A stretch of DNA of 64,000 nt, taken from a bacterium. GTDB taxonomy: Bacteria; Myxococcota_A; UBA9160; UBA6930. The position numbers and the translations under genes are program-made. A model generated the notes under the pieces. The model had not been told where the DNA came from. It ran no database searches and saw only the letters and a list, made by a program, of their open reading frames with translations. Shown here piece by piece: positions 8,778 through 18,546 of the stretch (position 1 is its first letter; the number at the start of each line of letters is the position of its first letter). The DNA lies in assembly GCA_024226235.1 (NCBI GenBank), contig JAAELW010000079.1, forward strand, positions 366 to 64,365, given 5' to 3'.

Positions 8778-10457
8778 CTAGCCGGCCGGAGCGACCATCT
8801 TCGCATAGCCCGCGATGAACGGTGACAGACTCACGTCGTCGACCTCGACGTTGATGATCGACGGCTTCCCGTTGGCGGCGGCGCGGCGGATCGCCGGCAG
8901 GATTTCATCCGGATCCGTCACCCGTTCACCATGGCCATCCCACATGGCGGTCATCTTCTCGTAGGCGCGCATATGTTGCAGTTCGGTATTGCACTGCCCC
9001 TTGCCGGAGATCTCTGTGGGCCGGATGTACTTCTCTGCCAGGCGGATCATCCCCCAGCCCGAGTCGTTGGAGATGACGCAGACTACGGGGATGCCCAGCC
9101 TCGCCATGGTATCCATCTCCATCGGATAGAAACCGAAGCTCCCATCGCCCGTGTACCACAGCACCGGCTTCCGGTTCGCGGCCCAGGCTCCGATCACCAG
9201 GCCAGGGCCCGTGCCGATCGTACCATTGGCTCCCGTCGCATGGATCTGCCCCGGGCGTGCCGCCGTCGACGCCATCCCCATCCACACACTGGCCTCGCCG
9301 CCGTCGATGACGAGATCCCAGTCCCGCGCGTCTTGCTCCAGGAATCTGGCCACCTCCCCCGCGCAGCGGGCCGGATGGACGGGCACACTCGCGTCGCGAA
9401 ACGGCTCGGGCAGGCTGGCCGCTCCGCGACTCTTGTCCGCCCCCGTCCAGGGGTCGCCTGAATTCGGCTCGCACTTGGCTTTGACCGATTCCAGGAGCTG
9501 AGCAGCAATCGGACCCGAACCTCCGACGATTCCCAGGTCTGCGCGAACGTTGAAGCCGATCTGCCTCCGATCGGTGTGTACCTGAATGACCTTCGCGCCG
9601 TCGGGAATCAACCGGCCCGATGCCAGTCTGAAATCGAACCTGCAGCTCATGGCCAGCACGACATCGGCGCCCGCCATGGAGTTGGTCTTCAAGAGTGGAT
9701 TGGCCAATTCGTCGCCGAACAATCCACGGCAGACGTTTCCCGCGATACCCACCGGCATCTTCAGATGCTTCGACAGCTCTGCGATAGCCCCCGCATGCTC
9801 GCCCATCGACCACCGGGCTCCATCGTCGATGATCATCGCCGGACGTTTCGCATTCGCCAGCAGATCGGCCGCCTCCTCGATCCGCTGCGTTTCTCCCTGG
9901 GGAATCGCTATGCGATCGTTGCTTGCCGGGAATCGGACGCTCTTCTCTTCCACCTCGGCAAACACGAGATCCGTGGGCACCTCCAGGTAGACCGGTCCCG
10001 GCGTCGAATCCATCGCATGACGAAAGGCCATGGACACGTATTCGGGAATGCGCTCGGTGCTGGTGATCTTCTTGGCCCACTTGCAGCACGATTCCATCAG
10101 GGTCAGGGTCGACATGTCCTGCAGATCACCCGCATCGCGCTTGCTCATCGCCACGGCCCCGCCGATCTGCAGCAGCGGAATGCTCATGGACTCCGCTTCC
10201 ATCATCCCGGCCGGCGTATTGGCGACACCCGGCCCCGCAGTCGTCACCACCACGGCCGGCTTTCCCGAGGCGCGCGTGTAGGCGATGCAGGCATACACGG
10301 CGGCACATTCATGGCGCGTATCGATCAGCTCGATGCCCGCTTCCCGCATCCCGTAGAAGATCGGCATGATATGTCCGCCGGTCAGGACGAATGCCTTCTC
10401 CACACCCTCATTGGCCAGGGCCTTCCCAAACAACGCTCCGCCGTCGATTGCACTCAT
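8778..10457 (-). CDS. Thiamine-diphosphate enzyme of the acetolactate synthase / oxalyl-CoA decarboxylase / 2-hydroxyacyl-CoA lyase superfamily
   Basis: N-terminal GALFGKALANEGVEKAFVLTGGHIMPIFYG (Pyr domain). C-terminal GTIGTGPGLVIGAW...YTGDGSFGFYPMEMDT..ISNDSGWG (ThDP motif GDGS...N). ATG at 10457 is preceded by GGAGGG. The track start 10526 adds 23 unlikely residues. Confidence 0.85.
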   Translation of the reverse strand: MSAIDGGALFGKALANEGVEKAFVLTGGHIMPIFYGMREAGIELIDTRHECAAVYACIAYTRASGKPAVVVTTAGPGVANTPAGMMEAESMSIPLLQIGGAVAMSKRDAGDLQDMSTLTLMESCCKWAKKITSTERIPEYVSMAFRHAMDSTPGPVYLEVPTDLVFAEVEEKSVRFPASNDRIAIPQGETQRIEEAADLLANAKRPAMIIDDGARWSMGEHAGAIAELSKHLKMPVGIAGNVCRGLFGDELANPLLKTNSMAGADVVLAMSCRFDFRLASGRLIPDGAKVIQVHTDRRQIGFNVRADLGIVGGSGPIAAQLLESVKAKCEPNSGDPWTGADKSRGAASLPEPFRDASVPVHPARCAGEVARFLEQDARDWDLVIDGGEASVWMGMASTAARPGQIHATGANGTIGTGPGLVIGAWAANRKPVLWYTGDGSFGFYPMEMDTMARLGIPVVCVISNDSGWGMIRLAEKYIRPTEISGKGQCNTELQHMRAYEKMTAMWDGHGERVTDPDEILPAIRRAAANGKPSIINVEVDDVSLSPFIAGYAKMVAPAG

Positions 10458-10616
10458 CTCGAATCCCTCCAGGCCGACCGGGTCTTCCGCCGTCCATTTG
10501 CGCTGGAGCGTAGCCGCGATGCCCATCCGATTCGAATTGCGGCGACCGTGCCCTTGTGGAGGGCCTGCGGTCGGCGGGGCATCATGTCTCCCCCGTGTCC
10601 TACCGAAGAGAGACGG

Positions 10617-11369
10617 ATGGCAGGACCTGGTGAACTGGGGATCGCGGCGTTCATCCTGGCCAGCCTGGTCGTGGGCAGCCGACTGATCCTGCTGGCGCGA
10701 CGCACCCGATGTCTACCCGAGTTGGCCCTGGGTGTCGGGCTCTTCACGCTCGGCGGAGTCGACTACCTGCTCAACATGGCTGCGCGGTCCGAAGCGCTTC
10801 TGCCGGACGCCGGGCGTGCCCTCGCCATGATCGCCGCCGTCCACTGTGGAGCCATTGGCATCATCGCAATCGCCGTCTTCACGACTCGGGTCTTCCACCC
10901 CGGTAGTCGAATCGCCGCAGCACTGGTCGGCGCCGCGGGGCTGGCGCTCATCGCTTGCGGAATCGCTCAGGGTCTGACGACCGGCTATCTGGTGGTGGCC
11001 ACCCATGAAGACCCGGCTCTGTTCATTCGAGTCTTCAACCTGATCCAGGCAGCCATCCTGGCGTGGACTGCGGTCGATGCATCCCGCTACGGACGCAAAC
11101 TCGGGCGTCGTGTCAGCCTGGGACTGGAGGATCCGGTGGTATCGGATCGCATCCGTCTGTGGAGCCGGGCGGCGATGATCGCCAGCGGCATCTATGTCAT
11201 CTATGCCGCCGGCGAAGCGCTGGGCGGGGACCTGCTTGCCTCGTCAATCTGGAACCCCGTCCTCGCAGGGCTCGGCTTCAGTTCGGCGACCTGCCTGTGG
11301 CTGGCGTTCTTCCCTCCGCTCGCATATGGACGCTGGATCCGCGAGCGCTCTGCCCGAGCGACGGACTAG
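10617..11369 (+). CDS. Integral membrane protein, function unknown (250 aa)
   Basis: Only the 3' third of track ORF 9576..11369 is plausible; the rest is antisense to the ThDP gene. ATG at 10617 opens ~7 hydrophobic helices (GIAAFILASLVVGSRLILL, GVGLFTLGGVDYLL and others). Confidence 0.6.
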   Translation: MAGPGELGIAAFILASLVVGSRLILLARRTRCLPELALGVGLFTLGGVDYLLNMAARSEALLPDAGRALAMIAAVHCGAIGIIAIAVFTTRVFHPGSRIAAALVGAAGLALIACGIAQGLTTGYLVVATHEDPALFIRVFNLIQAAILAWTAVDASRYGRKLGRRVSLGLEDPVVSDRIRLWSRAAMIASGIYVIYAAGEALGGDLLASSIWNPVLAGLGFSSATCLWLAFFPPLAYGRWIRERSARATD

Positions 11370-11569
11370 CCGCTCGACCCGGGCGCCCACGATTCCGAGG
11401 GTACGGTGAACCTCGGCAGCCCTTGCGTCGGTGTTCGAACCCCAGGACTCCGTTGCCTCGATGTCCTTCTCCGCCACAAAGCGGATGCTGGATTCGCCTG
11501 CCTCGGTGCGGTGGAGGCGAAGCGATGTAGAGTTGGGGGGGCCCGGTTCACCGGCTGGAGGAGACGTGC

Positions 11570-12295
11570 ATGACACAGCAGGAAGAGATTCGCCTGCCGG
11601 TCGCCGGCGGCCGGGACATTCTCGCCCATCTCGCGCTCCCGGAGGGCTCGCAGGGACCGGTTCCGGGCGTGCTGATTCTGCACGAGATCCTGGGATTGAA
11701 CGACGACATCCGTCGGATCGCTGGACGGTTCGCCGAGGCGGGCTACGCCGCCCTGGCACCCGACCTCTTCGAAGGACGTGGCCCCAAACCTGTGTGCATC
11801 GTGCGCATCGCGGCCAATATCGCGAAGGGAGAGGGTCCTGCGGTGGATGACATGTTCGCCGCGCGCAGCTGGCTGGCGGAACATCCCCAGATCGACGGCG
11901 AGCGCCTCGCGGTTGCGGGGTTTTGCATGGGAGGTGGCTTTGCTCTGCTGCTCGGCAGCATCGCGGATTTTCGAGTGGCCTCCCCTCACTACGGCGACGT
12001 GAAACGCGATCCGGAGTCGTACCGCGACATCTGCCCGGTCGTTGGTGGGTACGGCGGACGGGACATGGTCTTCGCCCGCAAGGGCCACCTGCTCAAGTCA
12101 CACCTGGAAGCTCTCGGTGTGCCACACGACGTCAAGATCTACGACGAAGCGGGCCATAGCTACATGAGTCAACACGCCCCTTGGATGATGGCCGTGGCAC
12201 CTTTCACGCCGCTGCGCGCACGCTACGACGAGGCGGCTGCGGAGGATAGCTGGCGGCGTATCCTGACCTTCTTCGACGCGCACCTCAATTCATGA
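11570..12295 (+). CDS. Dienelactone hydrolase family alpha/beta hydrolase
   Basis: PGVLILHEILGLNDDIRRIAGRFAEAGYAALAPDLF plus nucleophile-elbow-like GFCMGG. SD GGAGGAG lies upstream of the ATG. Confidence 0.8.
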   Translation: MTQQEEIRLPVAGGRDILAHLALPEGSQGPVPGVLILHEILGLNDDIRRIAGRFAEAGYAALAPDLFEGRGPKPVCIVRIAANIAKGEGPAVDDMFAARSWLAEHPQIDGERLAVAGFCMGGGFALLLGSIADFRVASPHYGDVKRDPESYRDICPVVGGYGGRDMVFARKGHLLKSHLEALGVPHDVKIYDEAGHSYMSQHAPWMMAVAPFTPLRARYDEAAAEDSWRRILTFFDAHLNS

Positions 12296-12428
12296 AGGCG
12301 CAGAACCTGATTCGATGCCTGTCACCGAATAGATGATCGCCCCGTCGAGCACGGACGGAGCATGCGCAAGGCTCGCAACTAGTTCCCTGGGAATACCTGC
12401 CGGGTTCACCGGCCGCTGGAGGAATCAG

Positions 12429-13286
12429 ATGAAGAAGCACGAACTCAACGAATCGTTTCGCTGGGAGGATCACCGGGGTCCCTTCCGCCTGATCGATTCC
12501 GATCAGGCCCGGCAATTCGACGAACAGGGTTTCCTGGTATTCGAGAACGTCTTCGACGCGGGTGTGATCGATGCCCTCACCAGGGAACTCGACCCCATCG
12601 AGCGCGAGCTCGAGGATGTGGTTCGCGAACACCTCGGCGGAAAGATGTTCATCGTCCGCGCGGGAGAGATCACCTTCACGCCACATGCTGTGACCCGGTC
12701 ACCAAGAGCCAGGGGGCTTACGCAGTGCCAGTTCTTCCGCGATCTGGTGCACGATCTGCTCGGCAACGATGTACGCCTCTACTGGGACCAGACGGTCTAC
12801 AAGAAGCCGGGTACGGTCGATGACTTCCCGTGGCATCAGGACAACGGATACAACTTCGTCGAGCCGCAGCAGTATCTGACCTGCTGGGTGGCATTGACGG
12901 ATGCCGACGAGGAGAACGGCTGCCCGGTGGTACTTCCCGGATTCCATCGAGATGGCACTTGGGACCACGAGAAGACCGACCTTGGCTTCGACTGTGGCGT
13001 GGACGAGAGCGGATCCGAAACCATCGCCGCTCCCGTCAAGGCGGGCAGCGTGGTGGTCTTCTCATCGCTCACGCCACACAAGACGGGGCCGAACCTGACC
13101 ACGGACCGGCCCCGCAAGGCCTACGTGGTTCAGTTTGCTCCGGACGGTGCGAGTACCATCAGCCAAGAGGGCGGCGACATCGTGCGCACCCTCTGCAACG
13201 CCCCCGAGCGGCAGTATCCCGTCCTGGTGGGCGGTGCGGCTCCGCCCGATGATGGCGCAGCGGAATCGGGCGAGTCGCCCGGCTAG
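12429..13286 (+). CDS. Phytanoyl-CoA dioxygenase (PhyH) family Fe(II)/2-oxoglutarate oxygenase
   Basis: QARQFDEQGFLVFENVF opening, WHQDNGY (HxD facial-triad region) and a later TPHKTGPN (His). ATG at 12429 is preceded by GGAGG. Confidence 0.8.
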   Translation: MKKHELNESFRWEDHRGPFRLIDSDQARQFDEQGFLVFENVFDAGVIDALTRELDPIERELEDVVREHLGGKMFIVRAGEITFTPHAVTRSPRARGLTQCQFFRDLVHDLLGNDVRLYWDQTVYKKPGTVDDFPWHQDNGYNFVEPQQYLTCWVALTDADEENGCPVVLPGFHRDGTWDHEKTDLGFDCGVDESGSETIAAPVKAGSVVVFSSLTPHKTGPNLTTDRPRKAYVVQFAPDGASTISQEGGDIVRTLCNAPERQYPVLVGGAAPPDDGAAESGESPG

Positions 13287-13811
13287 TCAGAAGGGCTTCA
13301 CGATCGCGATGAAGAACATCAGGGGGATCAAGACGATGACCACGGGCTCGCTGATCCGGAGAAAGGTCCAATGCTGGCCCATCTTGCGCTCGTGGAGTTC
13401 CATGTCTCCCGATATCCGGATCCGCCTCTTGTTGCCCCCCAGATGTGAGAGGTGGATGTCCACGATTTCCATGGGCACGATCAGGAAGATGCCGATCCAG
13501 AGCATCGCCGTGATGTAGCTCCAGCGCGTCAGGTCGAATCCACCCGCGATCAGCATCAGAATCGCCGTCAGGACGAGAATCGCGAAGGCCACGTGCTCGA
13601 GCATTGCCCCTCGATCGAAGGCCTCCATCATGTGGTTTCGGACCTCCCGAGCCTTCGGGTCGTCGGGCTTTCGTTGTGCACGACGCAGAGCCGGCTTCAG
13701 ATACCATACCCAGGCCACCGACGTGCTGAAGGACCAGATCGCGGCGACCAGGACGTGCACCGACTTGATGACGGCGTAGTGGGGCGAGAGCCATACTCTC
13801 AGCTCATCCAT
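13287..13811 (-). CDS. Small integral membrane protein, function unknown
   Basis: 174 aa with 4 hydrophobic helices. Its stop abuts the PhyH stop (convergent). Confidence 0.55.
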   Translation of the reverse strand: MDELRVWLSPHYAVIKSVHVLVAAIWSFSTSVAWVWYLKPALRRAQRKPDDPKAREVRNHMMEAFDRGAMLEHVAFAILVLTAILMLIAGGFDLTRWSYITAMLWIGIFLIVPMEIVDIHLSHLGGNKRRIRISGDMELHERKMGQHWTFLRISEPVVIVLIPLMFFIAIVKPF

Positions 13812-13821
13812 CGGCTTCCTC

Positions 13822-14487
13822 TCACGAATCCGAATCGTCGCTGGATGCGATTTCGTCGACCGCGGCCATCACATCCATCGAACCCGTCCCGTCTTCGGGC
13901 GCGGGAACCTCGGTGATCGGATCGTCGACATCATCGAACTCGAGTCGGAGAGCGCGGCACATCGTGGCGTGCAGGTCGTAGGTGCATGTGATGTAGGTAA
14001 GTTCGAGGATCTCGATCTCACTCAGCTCTTTGCGCAGGGCGTCGAAGACGGGATCCGGGACCCGGCCACCCTCGAGCACGAGGCAATCCGTGTAGGCGAG
14101 AACTGCGCGCTCGATCGGCGAGAAGCACGTGGCGACCGACCAGGCCGGGACGGCCGCGATCTGCTCTTCGCTGAGCCCCGCATCGCGACCCGCCTTGCAA
14201 TGCTGGGAGAACACGAAACGACTTCCCCGCGCATAGCCGGCGCGCGTTTGCCCCAGCTCGCGCAGCCTCGCCGAGAGCACGCGTTTGGGGCTGCGATAGA
14301 AGCCGAAACCCGCTACCGCGTGGTCGAAACAATCCGGCACACCGGCAAAGACGGTCCACCAATTGCCCGGTGTTCCCGTGGCCGTCCCGGGCGATTCGAC
14401 CGGATCACGATCTCCGAACAGCATTTCGTAGATCGTCTTCGCACCCGCGTGGGCCTCGTGCTTGGGGACTTCTCGTAGTCGGGGCAT
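13822..14487 (-). CDS. Carboxymuconolactone decarboxylase (AhpD-like) family protein with acidic C-terminal tail
   Basis: Pattern ..RELGQTRAGYARGSRFVFSQHCKAGRDAGLSEEQIAAV..ERAVLAYTD.. is typical of the CMD family. Start taken at the internal ATG 14487 (MPRLREVP). Confidence 0.7.
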   Translation of the reverse strand: MPRLREVPKHEAHAGAKTIYEMLFGDRDPVESPGTATGTPGNWWTVFAGVPDCFDHAVAGFGFYRSPKRVLSARLRELGQTRAGYARGSRFVFSQHCKAGRDAGLSEEQIAAVPAWSVATCFSPIERAVLAYTDCLVLEGGRVPDPVFDALRKELSEIEILELTYITCTYDLHATMCRALRLEFDDVDDPITEVPAPEDGTGSMDVMAAVDEIASSDDSDS

Positions 14488-14641
14488 TGCGGACTCCCAT
14501 CCTGATTCGAGCTTCGCGGACATCCGGATCTTCCCGTCGCCCATGCGAAATGGTGCGACCGACGATAGCCCGTCGACAGATCTGGCGATTGTCGCAAGGG
14601 AGCCCCGAGGCCAGAGCACCCACCTTGCTGAACCGCTGGCC

Positions 14642-15727
14642 TCAGGCCAGTGTCGCCTCCCGCGGGTCGGCGAAGGTCAAGCCGCGTTCCTGGAATTCGG
14701 CCCGTTTCTCCTGAGCACTGGAATGCCGCGTGTGAAGGTTCTCCACAGTCTTGGCAGCCCTGTCGACGCGCCAACCCTGGGCCAGGTAGCCATCCACGTG
14801 ACGCTCCGGCACCAATCCGACCCGCAGCAGATTCGGAAGTACGGTGTCGGAAATCGGATCCGCGAGACCGTCCAGATCCAGGTGTTGCTGATCGGAGATC
14901 TCGTCCAGAAACTTCGGCATGAAGCTCGCGAAGTCGACATCCGTCGTCGCCAGAGCTCCGAGCATTGAGGTGAAGCCCGGCTTGCCGGCTCGGCCCCCAA
15001 TGCGCACGATGGCATCGTAGGCCCAATCCTCGAGGCGCTCCCGAACACCGGGGGCCAGGGCGGGTATGCGATCTTGAAGTGTGATCACGCCATAGGCGAC
15101 GTGGCGCGACTCGTCATCGCGAACGTTGCCGATGAAGCTCTTGAAGACAGGCTCCACACCGAGTTCGCTACCGAGCCGAAAGAACGACAGCGCCACGCTC
15201 TCGATGATGACCTGCATCCCCACGCACTTCGCCTCCCAGTCGCGCTCGGCCAGGAGTTCTTCCAGGATGATCTTCAGATCCGGATCGATGGGAAAGCGGC
15301 CCCCCTGGCACTCGAGGTAGCGGGCAAAGACCTCGACGTGGCGGGCTTCATCCACCACCTGGACCGAGGCCGCGAGCTTCGCATTGACATCGGGCACGAC
15401 GTTGACCAGCTGCCCACATGTCATCATGGCCGCTTGCTCGCCGTGAAGGACCTGGGAGACCATGAAGAGATGAAGCACACGAAAGAGCTGCGTCTGCTGT
15501 TCAGAGGGGAGTTCTTGTACACAGGCAAGGCGTGACATGAAATCCGATCGCCGGTCGATGACATCGACGCCCGGCTCGAATTTCCCCCAATCCACATCGA
15601 GATCTGCATCCCACTGATGTCTCTTGGCCTGCGCATAGAGGGTTTGCAGCTTGTCATCTCCAAAATCGTAGTCGTCTTTGAAGTGGCTCTGCAGTCGCGC
15701 CTCCGTGCTGAAGCGAGATAGATCCAT
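14642..15727 (-). CDS. Ferritin-like diiron-carboxylate oxidase/oxygenase
   Basis: Four-helix ligand pattern is visible: LHGEQAA (E), DEARHVEVF (ExxH), IIESVAL (E), DESRHVAYG (ExxH). Confidence 0.7.
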   Translation of the reverse strand: MDLSRFSTEARLQSHFKDDYDFGDDKLQTLYAQAKRHQWDADLDVDWGKFEPGVDVIDRRSDFMSRLACVQELPSEQQTQLFRVLHLFMVSQVLHGEQAAMMTCGQLVNVVPDVNAKLAASVQVVDEARHVEVFARYLECQGGRFPIDPDLKIILEELLAERDWEAKCVGMQVIIESVALSFFRLGSELGVEPVFKSFIGNVRDDESRHVAYGVITLQDRIPALAPGVRERLEDWAYDAIVRIGGRAGKPGFTSMLGALATTDVDFASFMPKFLDEISDQQHLDLDGLADPISDTVLPNLLRVGLVPERHVDGYLAQGWRVDRAAKTVENLHTRHSSAQEKRAEFQERGLTFADPREATLA

Positions 15728-15745
15728 TGCGGCTTCTCCTGAATT

Positions 15746-15777
15746 CGTTCCGTTGAACTCGCGTTTCGTTGAACTCG
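15746..15777 (-). promoter_or_regulatory. Abutting 16-nt tandem direct repeat just upstream of the diiron gene start
   Basis: + strand CGTTCCGTTGAACTCG (15746-15761) then CGTTTCGTTGAACTCG (15762-15777), one mismatch. It lies 19-50 nt upstream of the ATG at 15727. Confidence 0.5.
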
Positions 15778-15980
15778 AATTGGACCCGGCCTGGGCCCTG
15801 GGTTGGTTGCATCCTTCAGCTGCCAGGCCTTGTGGAATCGATCATCTGCCAGCTCGTTCTCGAGACAATGGCACGTCCGAGCTTCCGCAACCGCCAGGAA
15901 TTGCGAAACATCTGTAATATCCCTCTACCGGCTCACGCCGTGAGCCTGCTGGCAGCACCGTCTACCCGATCGATCCATCC

Positions 15981-17324
15981 CTATCCGATCCGTACGCCCT
16001 GCTTCTCTATGGCCTTCTGGACCTGCGAGAGGTTCACATGCCTGCACGGCACGCGTTGCTGAACGGCTATGGCGGCGGCTACGCCCGCACCCTGCCCCGT
16101 GACTGTGCAGCACATCATCTGCCGTGTGGCCGAGGAGGCCGCCTTCTCAGCGGAGACGGATCTTCCAGCAACCAGGAGGTTTTCGACCCGCTGCGGAACG
16201 ACGATGCGGTAGGGAACCTGGAAGTAGCGTCCCGTGGTCGGCATGATGACCTCACCATAGGCGTCCAGGAACTCGGGAAAAATCCCGATGCTGTCGTCGA
16301 ATCGAGCCTGGTTCTTCACGTCTTGCTCGCTGAGGACATACTCTCCGTCTATCCTTCTCGACTCCCGGGTTCCCAGCGACGAGTTGAACGATCTGAGTCT
16401 GGCGTTCTGGAAACCGGGCGCGTATTTCTTCAATGCCTCCAGCGCCCAGATCGCCTTCTGGCGACCGTCCATTTCCGCCCGGGTCAGCTCCCAGACGTCG
16501 ATCGAATCCACACTCAACGTGTGGGCTACGTTGATATTCGTGGCTTCTCCAGCCTCCGTGAGGCCGCCCCAGTAGCCACCGATCGTCGCGTTGGCGGGGA
16601 TCTCCCCGGCTTCCTTGGCCCGATTGAACGGCTCCACGATCCATGTGGAAAACAGGTCGTCTTCCTTGCCCGATGTCCTGTTCGCCCAGTCAGCCAGACG
16701 CGAAGGGTTTTCGCGTACGTATGCGAGAAACTCCGACACGTCCACACCGCTGCAACCAAAGGTCGTCGTCACGGGCATCCGTTCTTCCTTCGGAAGAACG
16801 GAGTACGGCGCGCCGGCACGATGGGCCAGGTCGGCATCTCCCGTGGCATCGATCACGCAACTGGCCAGGATGGCCTGCCTGCCCGACTTGCTTTCAGTGA
16901 TCACGCCCCTCACGCTGCTGCCATCCATGATCGCGTCGACACTGAAGCAGTGCAGGATGGGAACGATGCCGGCCTCCCCCACCAACACATCGGCCACGTA
17001 CTTGAACATGTCTGCGTCCAGGAGTTGTCCCATACCGTCGGGATCGTCGAGGCTGGCTCCCATCTCCAGAGCCCGATGCTCGAACTCCACCCCGATCCCC
17101 CCGGCATCCACGGTCGCTTCGTGTCGATACCAGGCGATGGTTCCGACCATGGCCTGGGTGATATTGCCGCCAAAGCAACCATGGCGCTCCACCAGCATCG
17201 TCTCGACGCCAGTTCGTGCAGATGCCAGCGCCGCAGAGAGTCCGGCCGGGCCGCTGCCCACGACCAGAACCCCGGTTTCTGCGATGACGGGAACCCGTCT
17301 CGACGACTCCGTGATCTCTTTCAC
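15981..17324 (-). CDS. FAD-dependent oxidoreductase (GIDA/FAD_oxidored-like)
   Basis: Dinucleotide fold VLVVGSGPAGLSAALASARTG..VERHGCFGGN at the N-terminus. Confidence 0.8.
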   Translation of the reverse strand: MKEITESSRRVPVIAETGVLVVGSGPAGLSAALASARTGVETMLVERHGCFGGNITQAMVGTIAWYRHEATVDAGGIGVEFEHRALEMGASLDDPDGMGQLLDADMFKYVADVLVGEAGIVPILHCFSVDAIMDGSSVRGVITESKSGRQAILASCVIDATGDADLAHRAGAPYSVLPKEERMPVTTTFGCSGVDVSEFLAYVRENPSRLADWANRTSGKEDDLFSTWIVEPFNRAKEAGEIPANATIGGYWGGLTEAGEATNINVAHTLSVDSIDVWELTRAEMDGRQKAIWALEALKKYAPGFQNARLRSFNSSLGTRESRRIDGEYVLSEQDVKNQARFDDSIGIFPEFLDAYGEVIMPTTGRYFQVPYRIVVPQRVENLLVAGRSVSAEKAASSATRQMMCCTVTGQGAGVAAAIAVQQRVPCRHVNLSQVQKAIEKQGVRIG

Positions 17325-17427
17325 TTCGACCCTCTTTCAGGATGACCTGAAGCCGTTCGTTTGTGCATTCGGACGGCTCGGCGACGCTGACAGCGAACAC
17401 CCGCAGAACACGGAAGGCCCAGCTCCA

Positions 17428-18492
17428 TCAAAGGACCTCGCTCATCTCGACGGGCCGATTCTCCGCGGCCGAGCGCTCGGCCGCCACCCCCATCGCAACG
17501 GCCCTTAGCCCATCATCAGCACTGACCTCGGGAGGCGTTCCGTTGCGAACCGACTCCAGGAAGGCCAGGTGCTGGTAGTAGGTCGCTCCGTGGTGCGTAC
17601 CGGATTCGAGCACCTTCGCTTCGACCGAGACTTCTTCGATCTCGACGCTGCGGGGCTTCCGCTTCCCGATCACCAGGTTCGACTCCGGGATGAAACACTC
17701 GAGCTTTCCCTCGTCTCCGGTCGCGGTGATTTCCTCCATGTGGCGAGACCCCTCGGCGAACATGCAGAGGTCGAGCATGGCCCGCGCCCCGCCCTCGAAA
17801 TCGACGACTACGAACGCGTTGTCGAGGATGTCGGGTACCCGGCCCTGGTATTCCTCGTCGAGATGGTTCACATCCTGAGCGCCCGAAGCGTAGATCCGAA
17901 CCGGCTCCGAGCCCATGATCAGCCGCATCAGGTCGAAGAAGTGGCAGCACTTCTCGACCAACGTTCCTCCGGTGTTTTCCGAGAATCGATTCCAATCCCC
18001 CACCTTGGTCAGGAAGGGCATCCTGTGCTCCCGAATCGCGAGCATGCGGAGCTTCCCGGCCGTCCCCTTTCGCAGCTCCTCGATCAGACGCGCCAGCGGC
18101 GCCATGAAGCGATACTCCATGCCGACCCAGACGACTCCCGGGTGCACAGCGGCCCTCTCGGCAATCCTCTGCGCGTCCTCGACCGTGGTGCAGAGCGGCT
18201 TTTCCACGAGGATGGGTTTGCCGGTCGCGAATACGTCCTCGATCACTCGGGCGTGCGTGTGGTTTGGCGATGCAACCAACAGCACGTCGACCGGAGCCTT
18301 GCTGAGCAGGTCACGGTAGTCCGTGTACTCCTCGACCCCATTCGGGGCGAGAGCCCTGGCCCAGGACCGCGACTTCGCATCGGGATCGGCGAACGCGGTC
18401 ACTTCCGCCCCAGGCAGGATGTCGATGTTGCGAATGTGCTCGTGACCCATCATGCCGGCCCCGATGATCCCGTAGCGAATGATCTCGTCCAT
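17428..18492 (-). CDS. Gfo/Idh/MocA family NAD(P)-dependent oxidoreductase
   Basis: IRYGIIGAGMMGHEHIRNI Rossmann start, EKPL motif (ILVEKPLCTT) and a C-terminal alpha/beta domain. Confidence 0.85.
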   Translation of the reverse strand: MDEIIRYGIIGAGMMGHEHIRNIDILPGAEVTAFADPDAKSRSWARALAPNGVEEYTDYRDLLSKAPVDVLLVASPNHTHARVIEDVFATGKPILVEKPLCTTVEDAQRIAERAAVHPGVVWVGMEYRFMAPLARLIEELRKGTAGKLRMLAIREHRMPFLTKVGDWNRFSENTGGTLVEKCCHFFDLMRLIMGSEPVRIYASGAQDVNHLDEEYQGRVPDILDNAFVVVDFEGGARAMLDLCMFAEGSRHMEEITATGDEGKLECFIPESNLVIGKRKPRSVEIEEVSVEAKVLESGTHHGATYYQHLAFLESVRNGTPPEVSADDGLRAVAMGVAAERSAAENRPVEMSEVL

Positions 18493-18546
18493 TTCCTCTC
18501 CCTCTGCCTCTGCTGAGCAACTGATCAGGCAACCGAGGATCGACAG

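Noticed and set aside
9576-10616. 5' two-thirds of the 597-aa + strand ORF 9576..11369
   Set aside because: This part is antisense to the ThDP enzyme gene and has no protein-like pattern. Only the part from ATG 10617, a multi-helix membrane protein, was kept.
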